Part shown: in pieces, positions 10,291 to 20,469 of the stretch
How the letters are laid out: every line of letters begins with the position of its first letter
Position numbering within the stretch: position 1 is the first letter of the stretch
Source: a virus
Strand: one strand, 5' to 3'
Length of the DNA stretch: 64,000 nucleotides
Virus record (IMG/VR): IMGVR_UViG_3300009181_007093
Notes under the pieces: generated by a model
Databases searched by the model: none
What the model saw: only the letters and a program-made list of their open reading frames with translations
What the model was told of the DNA's origin: nothing
Program-made: the position numbers and the translations under genes

Positions 10291-11277
10291 CTACATTGAA
10301 CCAAGTTCTTTCATAAACTCATCGTCTGCCATAAGGTCTGCATCTTCAGATGTTTCTTCTGATTTTGACACTTTAACTTCATCTTTTACTTTTGAAGATG
10401 ACATAGATACCGATACTGACGTAGAGCTTCCAACATTCCTAAACTCTTCTAAATCATTGTTATCAGGATCATTTCCGCTCTTAATCATTCCAAGATGAAT
10501 TCTAAGTCCATCCTTTATCTCATCTTGAGATTTAACAGATCTTAACGACTGAAGATCGTTGGATTTTTCCATCCACATGGCAATTTCATCCTTCGTTCCA
10601 AGTGGCGATTGGTCTTCAAACTTGGAATTATCATAGTTTGGATATTCCATTCCACCACCACCTTTGACGACCTTTTTCACGACTTTAAAGTCTCGCCCCG
10701 TTAGTGGGTGCGTAATGTCGCCAAGACCTTTTTCTCCAGCAACTGGATCGCCATAAATGGCACGAATAATCTTCGCATGTTGAACTTTACCGCAACTGTA
10801 GATCTTTGGTCCAACATTGGTCTCTATAACGCCATCTTTGTTTTTAGCAGAACGAACAATTACATTGTAGTAATATCGCTCTACAGGTTTAATACTTCTA
10901 GCTTGTGCTTGAAGATCTTCCTGTGCTTTTCCAGATAGGCTCTCAGACTTCTGCCAAAGGTCGGAGTAGTACTTACAAATAATACAATCTCCTACCCATC
11001 TTTCGCCTCTGCCTGAGTTTACAAGCTCTCTGGGGCAATGATATGTCAGCTTTCTTCGGTTGCTAGGGTCGAATAAGGTATGAACTCTTGTCACACACCA
11101 TAGCTTTTGACCTTTTTTAATAGGCAGGAATCTCATCATAACAAATCCATCTCTTTCAGGTAGTCGCACATACTTTGAAAGATAATCATCTGTACTGGCT
11201 CCTGTTTCTACTGTCATCCTTGCTAGCTCTGACTCCATCTGGGACATGTCCAGTGGTTCATATTCGTTTTTTGACAT
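10291..11277 (-). CDS. single-stranded DNA-binding protein (T4 gp32-like)
   Basis: RFLP, H..CP..CIIC Zn motif, RYYYNVIV, GRDFKV, YPNYDNSKF, acidic C-tail; adjacent to uvsX. Confidence 0.85.
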   Translation of the reverse strand: MSKNEYEPLDMSQMESELARMTVETGASTDDYLSKYVRLPERDGFVMMRFLPIKKGQKLWCVTRVHTLFDPSNRRKLTYHCPRELVNSGRGERWVGDCIICKYYSDLWQKSESLSGKAQEDLQAQARSIKPVERYYYNVIVRSAKNKDGVIETNVGPKIYSCGKVQHAKIIRAIYGDPVAGEKGLGDITHPLTGRDFKVVKKVVKGGGGMEYPNYDNSKFEDQSPLGTKDEIAMWMEKSNDLQSLRSVKSQDEIKDGLRIHLGMIKSGNDPDNNDLEEFRNVGSSTSVSVSMSSSKVKDEVKVSKSEETSEDADLMADDEFMKELGSM

Positions 11278-11342
11278 ATCATATCTCCTTGTTTAATTTT
11301 CTAATTCTCGAAACGTCATCATACCAAAAATAAATGGTTCTG

Positions 11343-11867
11343 TCAAGAAGAAATTTCATTTTCTTGAGAATTATCAATTGTTGGGGTTTCCTCTAAAATA
11401 ATTTCTTCTTTTGAACTTTCGTCCAAAACTATTTTGTTTATATCTAAATCATCTACCCCTTCTTTTCTCGCATTTTCTTCCAATGCTTTTAAATGTAAGG
11501 CATCCATTTTTTCTTTTATTGTTTTGTAGCCTTCTTGCTCTAATTTTTCATTTATTTCTTGCCTTTTTGAATGCTCTTGATCATATTCTTGTTCTAATGC
11601 TTCCAGAATTTTAAAGTTACGATTTATTTTTTCTTTAATTTCATCCATTTTTTTAGCTTTTTCATCTGGCTCAAGCTCTTTTATTGAGTTGTTTTTCAAA
11701 AAAGGCTGCTCTTTACCATAAACAGCGTCCTCTACACTCTTTTGTTTTTTCTGTTCCATTATTGCTTCCTTTTTTTGTTTTCTCAAAGTAAGTCTCTTTC
11801 CCAAAACTCTTTTATGAGCAATTTTCTCTCGATTTTTCTTTTTTCTTTCTTTTTGTTTTTTAGACAT
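11343..11867 (-). CDS. hypothetical coiled-coil protein
   Basis: 174-aa K/E-rich ORF in operon. Confidence 0.7.
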   Translation of the reverse strand: MSKKQKERKKKNREKIAHKRVLGKRLTLRKQKKEAIMEQKKQKSVEDAVYGKEQPFLKNNSIKELEPDEKAKKMDEIKEKINRNFKILEALEQEYDQEHSKRQEINEKLEQEGYKTIKEKMDALHLKALEENARKEGVDDLDINKIVLDESSKEEIILEETPTIDNSQENEISS

Positions 11868-11872
11868 ATAAT

Positions 11873-12571
11873 TTACCTTTTACGAAGATTTGGCATACCG
11901 GATTCGACTGAAGCACCTTCCCACAAAAGATCGCTTTTGTCTTTACTTTTATTAGAGAACCCAAGCTCTCTATCTCCATACAAGTTTATTTGACCTGGAA
12001 TAAAATTGCTGTCTGCAACCTGTACATCTTTATTTTCATCATCCACTACCGTATAAATTTCACCTATATTTGAAGCTGTTTTCTTATAAACAGAATATTT
12101 TTTATCTGGGGTAAGCTTCAACCCTTTTCTTTTTGCTTGTTCTAGTTGCTGTGGTTCTGGCGAGAAAATAACTACTTCCAAAACCTTTCTGGTTAATGTA
12201 GCGTTCGATTGCGAAGCGTCTGCTACGGGTGTGGTCTTTATTGGCAAAGATTTTTGTGGGACCTCTTCTTCAACTTCTATTTCTACAACCATATCCCCTT
12301 CAATTGTATCGAATAGGAACTTTTTGTTTTTAATGACTATACCGCCTTTTGTTTCTTTAAAGGCTACTTTTTTCTTTGAAAGTTCATAAACATCTAACGC
12401 AATAATCCAAATGTCTCTTCTTGCTAATTGCGATATAATCGAACTTGCTAATTTTTCTAAAGAGATTTCATCAAATGGATCTCCAACGTTCTTTTTAAAG
12501 GTTTTAACCTCTTCTTTGTTGTATTCACCATTTATTCTATCGTGAAATGAGTAACAAACTTCAAATCCCAT
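11873..12571 (-). CDS. hypothetical protein
   Basis: 232-aa ORF with AGGA RBS. Confidence 0.75.
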   Translation of the reverse strand: MGFEVCYSFHDRINGEYNKEEVKTFKKNVGDPFDEISLEKLASSIISQLARRDIWIIALDVYELSKKKVAFKETKGGIVIKNKKFLFDTIEGDMVVEIEVEEEVPQKSLPIKTTPVADASQSNATLTRKVLEVVIFSPEPQQLEQAKRKGLKLTPDKKYSVYKKTASNIGEIYTVVDDENKDVQVADSNFIPGQINLYGDRELGFSNKSKDKSDLLWEGASVESGMPNLRKR

Positions 12572-12611
12572 ACATTTTCCTAAATTAAAGAAATTATAAC
12601 TCTATTATAGT

Positions 12612-13247
12612 ATGGAAAAATCAGACTTGGATCAAATAAAAAATAAAATAAATTTTGATTTAGATTCTCAGAAAATAAGTGGCAGAACGCTTCTTGACAG
12701 ATTGTGTGTCATAGAAGAAAGCTCAAGAAAAACTGCTGCTTACCTAGATAATAAATACGCTCCTTTCTATTATTATATTGGAAGATATTTAAAGGCAAAA
12801 TCTTTATTAGAAATAGGTTTTAATATAGGTCTTTTAAGCTCTTGCTTTCTTCTTTCCTGTACCGGTGTCGAAACTTTTTTTGGATTTAAAGAAAACACCA
12901 ATAACGAGTTCATACCAATAAGAATAGGCAAAGCCAACATAAAAAAAACATTTAAAAAAAATAAAAATTTTTATATTGGTAAATTATATGATAAAAACTT
13001 CATAGAAATGTGCAATCAAATTAAATGGGATGTTGTAATCATCAATGAAGAACAATCTTATGATAAGCATCTTCAATATCTGGAAACAGTTTGGGGGCAA
13101 CTTAGTGAAAATGGAATTGTAATAGTCGATTACATTAAAAGTCATAAGCCATCAAAAACAGCATTTGACATATTCTGTCAAGAAAAATCGATAACTCCAT
13201 ATTTGTTTGAAACAAGATATGGAACAGGAATAATTGTCAAAAATTAA
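12612..13247 (+). CDS. class I SAM-dependent methyltransferase-like protein (Methyltransf_24-like)
   Basis: LLEIGFNIGLLS motif I; LSENGIVIVD motif. Confidence 0.65.
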   Translation: MEKSDLDQIKNKINFDLDSQKISGRTLLDRLCVIEESSRKTAAYLDNKYAPFYYYIGRYLKAKSLLEIGFNIGLLSSCFLLSCTGVETFFGFKENTNNEFIPIRIGKANIKKTFKKNKNFYIGKLYDKNFIEMCNQIKWDVVIINEEQSYDKHLQYLETVWGQLSENGIVIVDYIKSHKPSKTAFDIFCQEKSITPYLFETRYGTGIIVKN

Positions 13248-14125
13248 TTTGGCTTTAATACAAAATCCACAAAAGAAATAGACATATTATTTTGTGCTTC
13301 CATATCATTTTTGTACCAAAACTCCATAATTCTTTTTTGTATTATTTTGTCCTCAATAAATATTTTGTCTACTTCCGTTTTTATAATATCTTGTTCTAAT
13401 ATTGTGAAATACTTTTTCAATAATCCTAAATATATGGAGATAGGATCTAATATTGCTCTGTAGTTTACTTCTGCTTTAAGACCCAATGAAGCTAACTCAT
13501 TACAATCAAAAATCAACTGAATGAACGCCTTATTAAGTTGATTGTAAAAGTGCCCTCCATGTCGGCTACAAAATGGATGACACCTCATGTATACCAACCC
13601 ACAAGAAACATCAGATATGTTTTTTAATGCATCATCCCAAGATACGCTTAAATGATCGAAAACGTCATATAAAATTATTATATCATACTTGCCATTTATC
13701 TCTACATCTCTTTTTACTTTATCCCAATTTGAAGTAAAAAAAGTTTTTTTATCGTTAAAAGCATTAATGGCATCATAATTTGTGAATACACTTAAAGATG
13801 TATCATAACAGGCACAAGATTCTGCACCTTTTTCTTTTGCTTTAATTAAGAGGTGTCCTTCTCCACATCCAAAATCAAGAACTCTTTTTCCAGAAAGATC
13901 ATGAAGCCCAAAAAGGTTCAAAATGTTTTCTGCTCTTTGTAGCTTTTCAGTTTCAATGCTAAAATTACAAATTTGATGTGACTCTGCCGCCGGTGGCCAT
14001 TTTTCACTTTTTAAAAGATTCTTCAAATACTCTAACTCTGTAGGCTCTATCGGAGCTATCTTGTTAATTATTTTTTCAACATCACTTTTAAAAAGGAATT
14101 TATAGTTTTTTTTGTTCAGCAACAT
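13244..14125 (-). CDS. class I SAM-dependent methyltransferase
   Basis: VLDFGCGEG motif I; YDIIILYDVFDH. Confidence 0.85.
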   Translation of the reverse strand: MLLNKKNYKFLFKSDVEKIINKIAPIEPTELEYLKNLLKSEKWPPAAESHQICNFSIETEKLQRAENILNLFGLHDLSGKRVLDFGCGEGHLLIKAKEKGAESCACYDTSLSVFTNYDAINAFNDKKTFFTSNWDKVKRDVEINGKYDIIILYDVFDHLSVSWDDALKNISDVSCGLVYMRCHPFCSRHGGHFYNQLNKAFIQLIFDCNELASLGLKAEVNYRAILDPISIYLGLLKKYFTILEQDIIKTEVDKIFIEDKIIQKRIMEFWYKNDMEAQNNMSISFVDFVLKPN

Positions 14126-14128
14126 AAT

Positions 14129-15094
14129 TTAATATTTTTCAAGATGTAGATTATTCTTCAAAGACAAAATAGCGTCCATTATATCAGATGGATCAATTTC
14201 TGTCAAACATGGCTTTTGTTTTAATACTTTTTCTTTTGGACATGCATGACAGTTAAAACATGGTCCACAATCCCAATCTCCGTTGTCTCTATGCTTTTGT
14301 ACCAATAAAAATTTGTAGTACTTTCCATATACCTTACCATCAGTGAAAGAAAAAATGCCAACGAGTGGTTTCTTAAGACCGCCAGCTATATGAAACGTTG
14401 CAGTGTCAATTGAGACAATAATATCAGAACAAGCAACTAAGGCTATCCATGTTTGTGGATGCAAAGAAACAAACTGCTTGACATTTAACCTATTGTAAAC
14501 ATCTTGATGATTTTTATGTACTGTTATAGGAATCATGTCATTCTCTATAATAGAACTCACAAGTTTTTCTATTTGTGTTTCTGTCAATGATTTTGCAATT
14601 GCAAAATCATTATCGACTGAGCGTGTAGCCAGTAAGACTACCGTTTTTCCGTTTGGGTTTATTTCTTTTATTAAACGCTTGCAGTTTTCGATTTGTTCTA
14701 TCTCAGGATATAAATGCATTTCATGCTTTGTCAGTTCGACACCGCAATGGTTCGCCCATATATCGCTTCTGTGCCTTTTATTATTCGATAGCTCTTTTGA
14801 TTCTGTTATCGCACAGATTGTTGTTATGTCATATATTACCCCATAGTCTATTAAAGAAACTTTGTTTATTTCTTTTATGTTTTTTAAAAAAGGGTGGTTT
14901 AGCGACATTTCCATAAATTCATGCGGGCAAGCATAATGTATTTCTACATCTATTTTGGAAAAATCTTCAAACATCATTCTTTGCATAAGAATGTCGCCAA
15001 AACCACCAAGAGTACGCCTTATAAGAACTTTATTTCTTCTGTTATAAAAATCACGTATTGAAAGATTATGTTTTCTTTTAATTAGTTTTAGCAT
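14129..15094 (-). CDS. glycosyltransferase family 9 (heptosyltransferase-like)
   Basis: GGFGDILM; IVSIDTATFHIAGGLKKPLVGIF; C-terminal CxPC..C..C. Confidence 0.85.
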   Translation of the reverse strand: MLKLIKRKHNLSIRDFYNRRNKVLIRRTLGGFGDILMQRMMFEDFSKIDVEIHYACPHEFMEMSLNHPFLKNIKEINKVSLIDYGVIYDITTICAITESKELSNNKRHRSDIWANHCGVELTKHEMHLYPEIEQIENCKRLIKEINPNGKTVVLLATRSVDNDFAIAKSLTETQIEKLVSSIIENDMIPITVHKNHQDVYNRLNVKQFVSLHPQTWIALVACSDIIVSIDTATFHIAGGLKKPLVGIFSFTDGKVYGKYYKFLLVQKHRDNGDWDCGPCFNCHACPKEKVLKQKPCLTEIDPSDIMDAILSLKNNLHLEKY

Positions 15095-15109
15095 AACAGT
15101 TGGATCCGA

Positions 15110-15556
15110 CTATCGATGATAAAGATCAAGAGTGACGCCCGCCTCTTTATACATCATTGCACTGAGTTCAAAACCATTTTTCCATCTAGGATTTTCTAAA
15201 TCATTATCAAAAGAAACAACTCTTTTTATTCCAGAATTAATTATCGCACCTGCACAATTCGAACAAGGTGGAAAAGGGGTTGTATAAATTATACAATCTT
15301 CTAGGTTTCTTTCTGCGAAAATTATTGAATTCATCTCAGCATGAATTATCAATAGGTACTTTAAGTTCCTATCGCTATACCGCTCATCTATATCTTTTAT
15401 GCCTTTTGGAAATCCATTATATCCACTTGAAATGAGCCTGTGGTTTCGGTCGGTTATTACAGATCCAACAACCGTAGAAGGATCTTTACTAAAAGTACTG
15501 ATCTGTTGTGCAAGACCTAAAAACCGTAGGTCCCATTTTTCTTCATCATTGGTCAT
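15110..15556 (-). CDS. dCMP deaminase
   Basis: SKDPST.VG, GYNGFP, HAEMN and PCSNC Zn motifs; start placed at MTNDEEKW. Confidence 0.92.
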   Translation of the reverse strand: MTNDEEKWDLRFLGLAQQISTFSKDPSTVVGSVITDRNHRLISSGYNGFPKGIKDIDERYSDRNLKYLLIIHAEMNSIIFAERNLEDCIIYTTPFPPCSNCAGAIINSGIKRVVSFDNDLENPRWKNGFELSAMMYKEAGVTLDLYHR

Positions 15557-16157
15557 TGTTGTTTTTTTCGTATTTTTGGAAAACTTCGTACATAAAGCTG
15601 TATCCGTCGTGACTGTCTCCAAAAGCATTTCTTAAAACATTTTTACCCAAAAATCCCATCTTGCTAAGAAAAATATGAAGTCCTGTGTTTCTTTCGCTAG
15701 CAACAAGATAAAGAAAAAATGGTCTTGTGCTTTTATTGCTCAAGTCAATTAAACCAGAAAACTTATCAATAACAAATTTAAATAAAGATCTTCCTACTCC
15801 GTTTATGCGAAAATATGGATCTACACAAAAGTTAACCAAAAATCCGCACATAACAGGAGTGCTTGTTTCTTTTGATAAAAAGTCTCTCATCTTTTCTGTA
15901 CACATTATACTTTTGCTGCTGGCAGCAAAAACTTTATATATGATATAACCAACTACCCTTTTTTCTATTTCGCAAACATATCCTATAAAAGCACCATCTT
16001 TTGAATACGTGTCAAAAGAGTCAGAAGAAAACTTTTTAGAACGAATCATTGCTGATAAGTTTTCTTTATTCCATTTTTCGCCTTGCTCCATATATTTCTG
16101 TATGTCCAATACAGACTTTATATCTTTTTGCAGCATCCAACGTATTTTTGTTTCCAT
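15546..16157 (-). CDS. GNAT acetyltransferase (RimI-like)
   Basis: IRWM N-terminus, VVGYIIY, VDPYFRINGVG acetyl-CoA motif, ERN..H.FL..MGF; start placed at METKIRWM. Confidence 0.8.
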   Translation of the reverse strand: METKIRWMLQKDIKSVLDIQKYMEQGEKWNKENLSAMIRSKKFSSDSFDTYSKDGAFIGYVCEIEKRVVGYIIYKVFAASSKSIMCTEKMRDFLSKETSTPVMCGFLVNFCVDPYFRINGVGRSLFKFVIDKFSGLIDLSNKSTRPFFLYLVASERNTGLHIFLSKMGFLGKNVLRNAFGDSHDGYSFMYEVFQKYEKNNNDQ

Positions 16158-16220
16158 ATTAGCTTTATTTGAATTTATACAGTTAATTTTACTAAAGCTA
16201 TTTATCATTATGGAAACTAA

Positions 16221-16697
16221 TTATTGCTTACCAAGAATATCTTCTATGGATTGTTCGGCATATATATCTCGGCTCAAAACTTTCATTTCAGCTCTAAGAC
16301 TGTGTCCTCTATTTTGAACATTTTCATGATTTTTATCCCAAGCTCTTAAATGTGCCTTCAAATGTCCTACTGTTTCTTTTGCTTCCACAGCTTTTTTTCT
16401 TGCATCTACAACTTCATCATGACTGCTTGCAAAAGCTTTTGAATAGTTATCTGTGCCTCCTGCGTCCTTGGATTCCAAAAACTTTTTGCTGTACAGCGTT
16501 TCGGCGTCTATTTCCAACAAAAAAACTTCTTTTTGTGCAAACTCAAGCTGTTTACCAAGATAGTCATACCAGCCATACTCTTTGTTCATGTATTCGCCAA
16601 TATTGTTTTCACTAAATCTCATATTTTCAGGATCTAAAACAATCTCTACGCCAACAACTTTTATTTTAACTTTTTCTATAGGAGCTTCATTTGCCAT
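16221..16697 (-). CDS. UvsY-like recombination mediator
   Basis: Helical ~160-aa protein ending ..N.QNRGHSLRAEMK; in replication cluster; RBS AAAGGA before MANEAP. Confidence 0.55.
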   Translation of the reverse strand: MANEAPIEKVKIKVVGVEIVLDPENMRFSENNIGEYMNKEYGWYDYLGKQLEFAQKEVFLLEIDAETLYSKKFLESKDAGGTDNYSKAFASSHDEVVDARKKAVEAKETVGHLKAHLRAWDKNHENVQNRGHSLRAEMKVLSRDIYAEQSIEDILGKQ

Positions 16698-16775
16698 AAT
16701 TTTTCCTTTTTTTAAATACATTTACTGGGAGTGTTTTAGCCTACCAAAAACATGATCTACTGTCAATGTTTTGAA

Positions 16776-18314
16776 TCATCCTTCATAATCTTCTATAGGG
16801 TTGATAATTCCGTCCAAATCTTCTTGTCCTTTTCCTGGCGACCATTTCTTCTTAGGTTTTCCATCAATTTTTATCACTTCATTTGTTTTTTTCGTTGCCA
16901 TTAAATTCATATTCGTTCCATATGCTTGATCTGAGATCTCAAACATATCTAAAGTTCCTAAAGAAAAATCAAAACCAATTCTAAAAGGAAATCTTGATCG
17001 TCCATTTCTATGTTTAATCACAAATCCTCGACCTACCTCAGCATCTTTTTCGTTTGTTTGTTGATTAATTGACCAGAATGCGTCCAATGGTTTAAACTGA
17101 TCAAAAGATGTTCCAATATTGGACTCATCAATATACTGTCCAATTTCTAATTTTGAAGCACTTGAATTCGGCTGAACACAAGTGAATGTGCAATGTTTTT
17201 TCTCAACACCAAACCCTCTTAGGTCTCTAAGAATACGATATGCGGATTCATACTTTTTGACACTTGGATCATCTCTCATTTCTCCAACGTAATCCACAAT
17301 CAACAAATTAGGTTTCCATCCTCTGAACTCTAATTGTGCCATAAAAGCACGTATTCCATTAACGTCCATTACTCCACCTGGAAATTGCTTTATATGAAGT
17401 AAGTTTGGATCTTCCCAGCCATTTTTAAAATCTTCCATAATTTTATACACTTCATCTTTAACCCCAATCAAATTATTAATATCCAGTTTAGCCAATTGTG
17501 ATGTAAATCTTTGAGCAATTCCTAGCTCATCCATTTCCATCGTTAAATATAATACTTTGTGTCCTAGCAAAACGTTGCTTACGGCAGCTTTTGTGAGAGC
17601 AAGACTTTTGCCGCTGCCTGGCAGACCTATCCAGCTTGCTATCTGTCCCGCATACAAACCGCCACCAGTTAAAGCACAGTCAATAGAATTAAAACCACTT
17701 GTAAATCTATCCTTTCCATCAAATGCATTGTTCATCCTGTTATACATTTCGTCTAGTTGTAAAAAATACTCCAGACCAGGTTCATAAGACCTGTCAATCA
17801 ACATAGACTCTCTCATTTTTTCATATATAAAGTTCCACGTACCCTCATCCTCTGGGGCTTCCTGCATCTTCTCTAAAGATGTGTGAAACGCAATTTTAAT
17901 TGCTTGGACTTTTGCAAAATAAGTAATTTTATCAATTAAATATTCTCTTGTGTCTAGTCCTGGCACATAATAGTCATATACACAATTGAGTTCTGCTTGG
18001 TAGTGCAATTGAACGCTTTTATCAGAATCTTTTAAAGAATTTTTAATCTCTTGATCTATTATGAATTTTTCAGGAACAGATTTTTTTTCTGCAAAATATT
18101 TTAACAATACGTTGCAGATTAAAACATGTGCCTCGTTAGAAAAGTACTCAGGCTTTACTTTGTCCATAGCCTGAACGAGCATATATGGATCAACCAAAAG
18201 CATTCCCAACAATTTTCTTTGAAACGTGTCATCCCAAGAAAACTTTGGTTTTATAATATCTGGGTCTGTTAGCCCTTCTAGTTGTGCTTGTTCTTCTGGA
18301 GTCAATTCTCGCAT
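16776..18314 (-). CDS. replicative DNA helicase (DnaB/T4 gp41-like)
   Basis: FTSGFNSID..L.GG, GLPGSGKS, YLTMEM, LIVDY, KHRNG. Confidence 0.92.
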   Translation of the reverse strand: MRELTPEEQAQLEGLTDPDIIKPKFSWDDTFQRKLLGMLLVDPYMLVQAMDKVKPEYFSNEAHVLICNVLLKYFAEKKSVPEKFIIDQEIKNSLKDSDKSVQLHYQAELNCVYDYYVPGLDTREYLIDKITYFAKVQAIKIAFHTSLEKMQEAPEDEGTWNFIYEKMRESMLIDRSYEPGLEYFLQLDEMYNRMNNAFDGKDRFTSGFNSIDCALTGGGLYAGQIASWIGLPGSGKSLALTKAAVSNVLLGHKVLYLTMEMDELGIAQRFTSQLAKLDINNLIGVKDEVYKIMEDFKNGWEDPNLLHIKQFPGGVMDVNGIRAFMAQLEFRGWKPNLLIVDYVGEMRDDPSVKKYESAYRILRDLRGFGVEKKHCTFTCVQPNSSASKLEIGQYIDESNIGTSFDQFKPLDAFWSINQQTNEKDAEVGRGFVIKHRNGRSRFPFRIGFDFSLGTLDMFEISDQAYGTNMNLMATKKTNEVIKIDGKPKKKWSPGKGQEDLDGIINPIEDYEG

Positions 18315-18447
18315 TTTTGTGGGCTTTCCGGCAGTCTTTCAATTAAGAAGGCATTTACAATCATATCTATTTACAGTATAGTTTTTGGCAGTAAAAACCT
18401 ATTCGATCTTACCACAAATGAAACGTTTTGTCTAGCCAGCACATGCT

Positions 18448-19005
18448 TCACATGCTTCCTAAATAGTTGAATTCAGACAGACTAACCTGACCTGAACGAA
18501 TGCCTTTCTCCCTTGTTATTTTTTTCCCCATGCTTTTTTGACCATTCCAAACTATAGCTTTGCAATAAACAGAGAATTTTGTATCTATTGTTAGGTTTTC
18601 TTTTTTATTTGGTCGCTCTTGCTTAGGAACAACTTTCCTAATAATTTTATCAAGAAGTTTTTCTTGATAAGCTCCAAATTTCTGTCTGCTCGCTCCGTGT
18701 CTTGTTCTATTTTCCCATAGTTCATTTAAATCTATAATTTCTTTCTTAACAAATTTATCTTTAGCATACTTTTTTGCTAGATTCAAAGATTTCTCTATGT
18801 AAATTTGTCTTTTATAATAACTTCCTGCCCGCAGCATGCTCATTTGAAGCTCTTGCTTAATGTCTTCTGCTTCATCCGTAAAGTTGTTGTGAATGTTTTT
18901 TCTTTTAAGTTCATGAGCAGCGTGCCAACAAAGTTTCCCAAACTTCTTTTCCAATTCATTAAATTCTTTTTCATTAATTCTAAAATTATTACAAATATCC
19001 AGCAT
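18448..19005 (-). CDS. putative sigma-factor-like protein (region 2 only)
   Basis: EDIKQELQMSMLRA and KFSVYCKAIVWN resemble sigma70 regions 2.2/2.3; no region 4. Confidence 0.45.
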   Translation of the reverse strand: MLDICNNFRINEKEFNELEKKFGKLCWHAAHELKRKNIHNNFTDEAEDIKQELQMSMLRAGSYYKRQIYIEKSLNLAKKYAKDKFVKKEIIDLNELWENRTRHGASRQKFGAYQEKLLDKIIRKVVPKQERPNKKENLTIDTKFSVYCKAIVWNGQKSMGKKITREKGIRSGQVSLSEFNYLGSM

Positions 19006-19013
19006 AGAATCTC

Positions 19014-20324
19014 CTATTTTTTATTTAAAGCTTTTAAGTCGTTAAGATTTCTTCCGGCACGGCACGTAACCTTTAAATGCAATCCCGGACAAAATTCACT
19101 CTCATCAGATAAAACATTCTTGGCAATTTGAAATATTTCTTTCCAATTGTCTTTCTTAGCATAAACGGCATATCCGTCATGAATTGTATAAGCAATGTCT
19201 GTTTTTTCTTTTAATGCAAAATGAAGTTTGTTTAATTTCTCTAAGCATACAACTGCGGCGGGCGATTGTATACAAAAATTTCTAACTAAGTATTCTTTAC
19301 CCTCATCAAAAGTTCGGTATTTGCTAAATATATTTTTAGCATATCCAAGTGATTTAAATTGCTGTTGTTGGGTGTTTATCCATTCTAAAGATATTGGGAA
19401 TAAAGAATTAATACGATCTACAATTGAATCTGCCTCATCTTTTGGGATGTTGCATCGTTGTCCTAACATGTAGGACGACTGACCATATATAACCGGCAAG
19501 AACGTTTTTTTTACAAAATCTCTATCATTTTTTTTATTTGGCTCTTTTCCCGTCAATTTCTCATACAAAGCATAATAAACATCAGGATGTTTACAGAGTG
19601 CTTGTAGAACTGGGTCTTTTGACAACCATGCAAGCATATGAACTTCCATAGCTCTAAAATCAAAAACCATGAATAATTCATCGAGAAAACGTGGTTTTAA
19701 GTTATCTCGCACATAAGGTTTCATGGCATGAGGTACAAACCCCTGCTTAAACGCTTGAAAACTCCTTAGGCGACCATTCTCCTGCCCGTCTATCTCATAG
19801 AAGGCGTGAACCCTTGTGCCTGTTAGAAGGTCATTAATGCCCGCACACTCTAAATGAGGTATTACAACTGTTGCAAGCGGCAAATGAAGATTTCTATAAA
19901 TCAAATCCACTTCTTTCCAGTGTCCACTTACAACCAAATCCTTTAACCGTGTTATTGCTTCTTTTATGTTTTTTGGTGGATTTAATTTTTTACCAACATA
20001 AGATTCAATAATTTTTAAATCAATAATTGCGGCATCGACTGCGTAGTCCTTTTTTGTGTTTGCAAGAACATACGTTGCGATTACCTTCCAATCCCAAACT
20101 ATTATTTTCATTCCATCCGAAAACAATGAAATCTTCAAAATAGACATTATAAAAGATAAATTATTCTCATTTAAATTAATATCAATTATTCTGCCATCTT
20201 GAAGACATATCTTAATTTCATTCTGAGCTTCTTTATCAGTAAAATCAAATATAGCAGGATTAAAAACAATATAAACAGTTTGATTGTTTATAGAAGAAAG
20301 CAGAGAGATTATTTCAGGAGACAT
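19014..20324 (-). CDS. polA: short family A DNA polymerase
   Basis: NGRLRS, motif A DFRAMEVHMLA, motif B RDFVKKTFLPVIYG, NFCIQSPAA, motif C TIHDG; 436 aa, no 5'-3' exonuclease. Confidence 0.85.
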   Translation of the reverse strand: MSPEIISLLSSINNQTVYIVFNPAIFDFTDKEAQNEIKICLQDGRIIDINLNENNLSFIMSILKISLFSDGMKIIVWDWKVIATYVLANTKKDYAVDAAIIDLKIIESYVGKKLNPPKNIKEAITRLKDLVVSGHWKEVDLIYRNLHLPLATVVIPHLECAGINDLLTGTRVHAFYEIDGQENGRLRSFQAFKQGFVPHAMKPYVRDNLKPRFLDELFMVFDFRAMEVHMLAWLSKDPVLQALCKHPDVYYALYEKLTGKEPNKKNDRDFVKKTFLPVIYGQSSYMLGQRCNIPKDEADSIVDRINSLFPISLEWINTQQQQFKSLGYAKNIFSKYRTFDEGKEYLVRNFCIQSPAAVVCLEKLNKLHFALKEKTDIAYTIHDGYAVYAKKDNWKEIFQIAKNVLSDESEFCPGLHLKVTCRAGRNLNDLKALNKK

Positions 20325-20409
20325 TATTTGTTTAGCATAACAAAAACGAATCAGTTATTCAAGAGATCAAAGACGATTGATTGAACAACTTAGATGTATT
20401 TTTAATCAG

Positions 20410-20465
20410 TATGATTGCACAATCATATCCGTTAGAATCATTAAAAGTATGATTGTGAAATCATA
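20410..20465. promoter_or_regulatory. two related 18-bp palindromes (TATGATT-N4-AATCATA)
   Basis: tatgattgcacaatcata at 20410-20427 and tatgattgtgaaatcata at 20448-20465. Confidence 0.5.
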
Positions 20466-20469
20466 ATCT

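Noticed and set aside
18303-18365. 20-codon minus-strand uORF after TAAATA-N3-ATG, overlapping the helicase start
   Set aside because: Too short to support without conservation data
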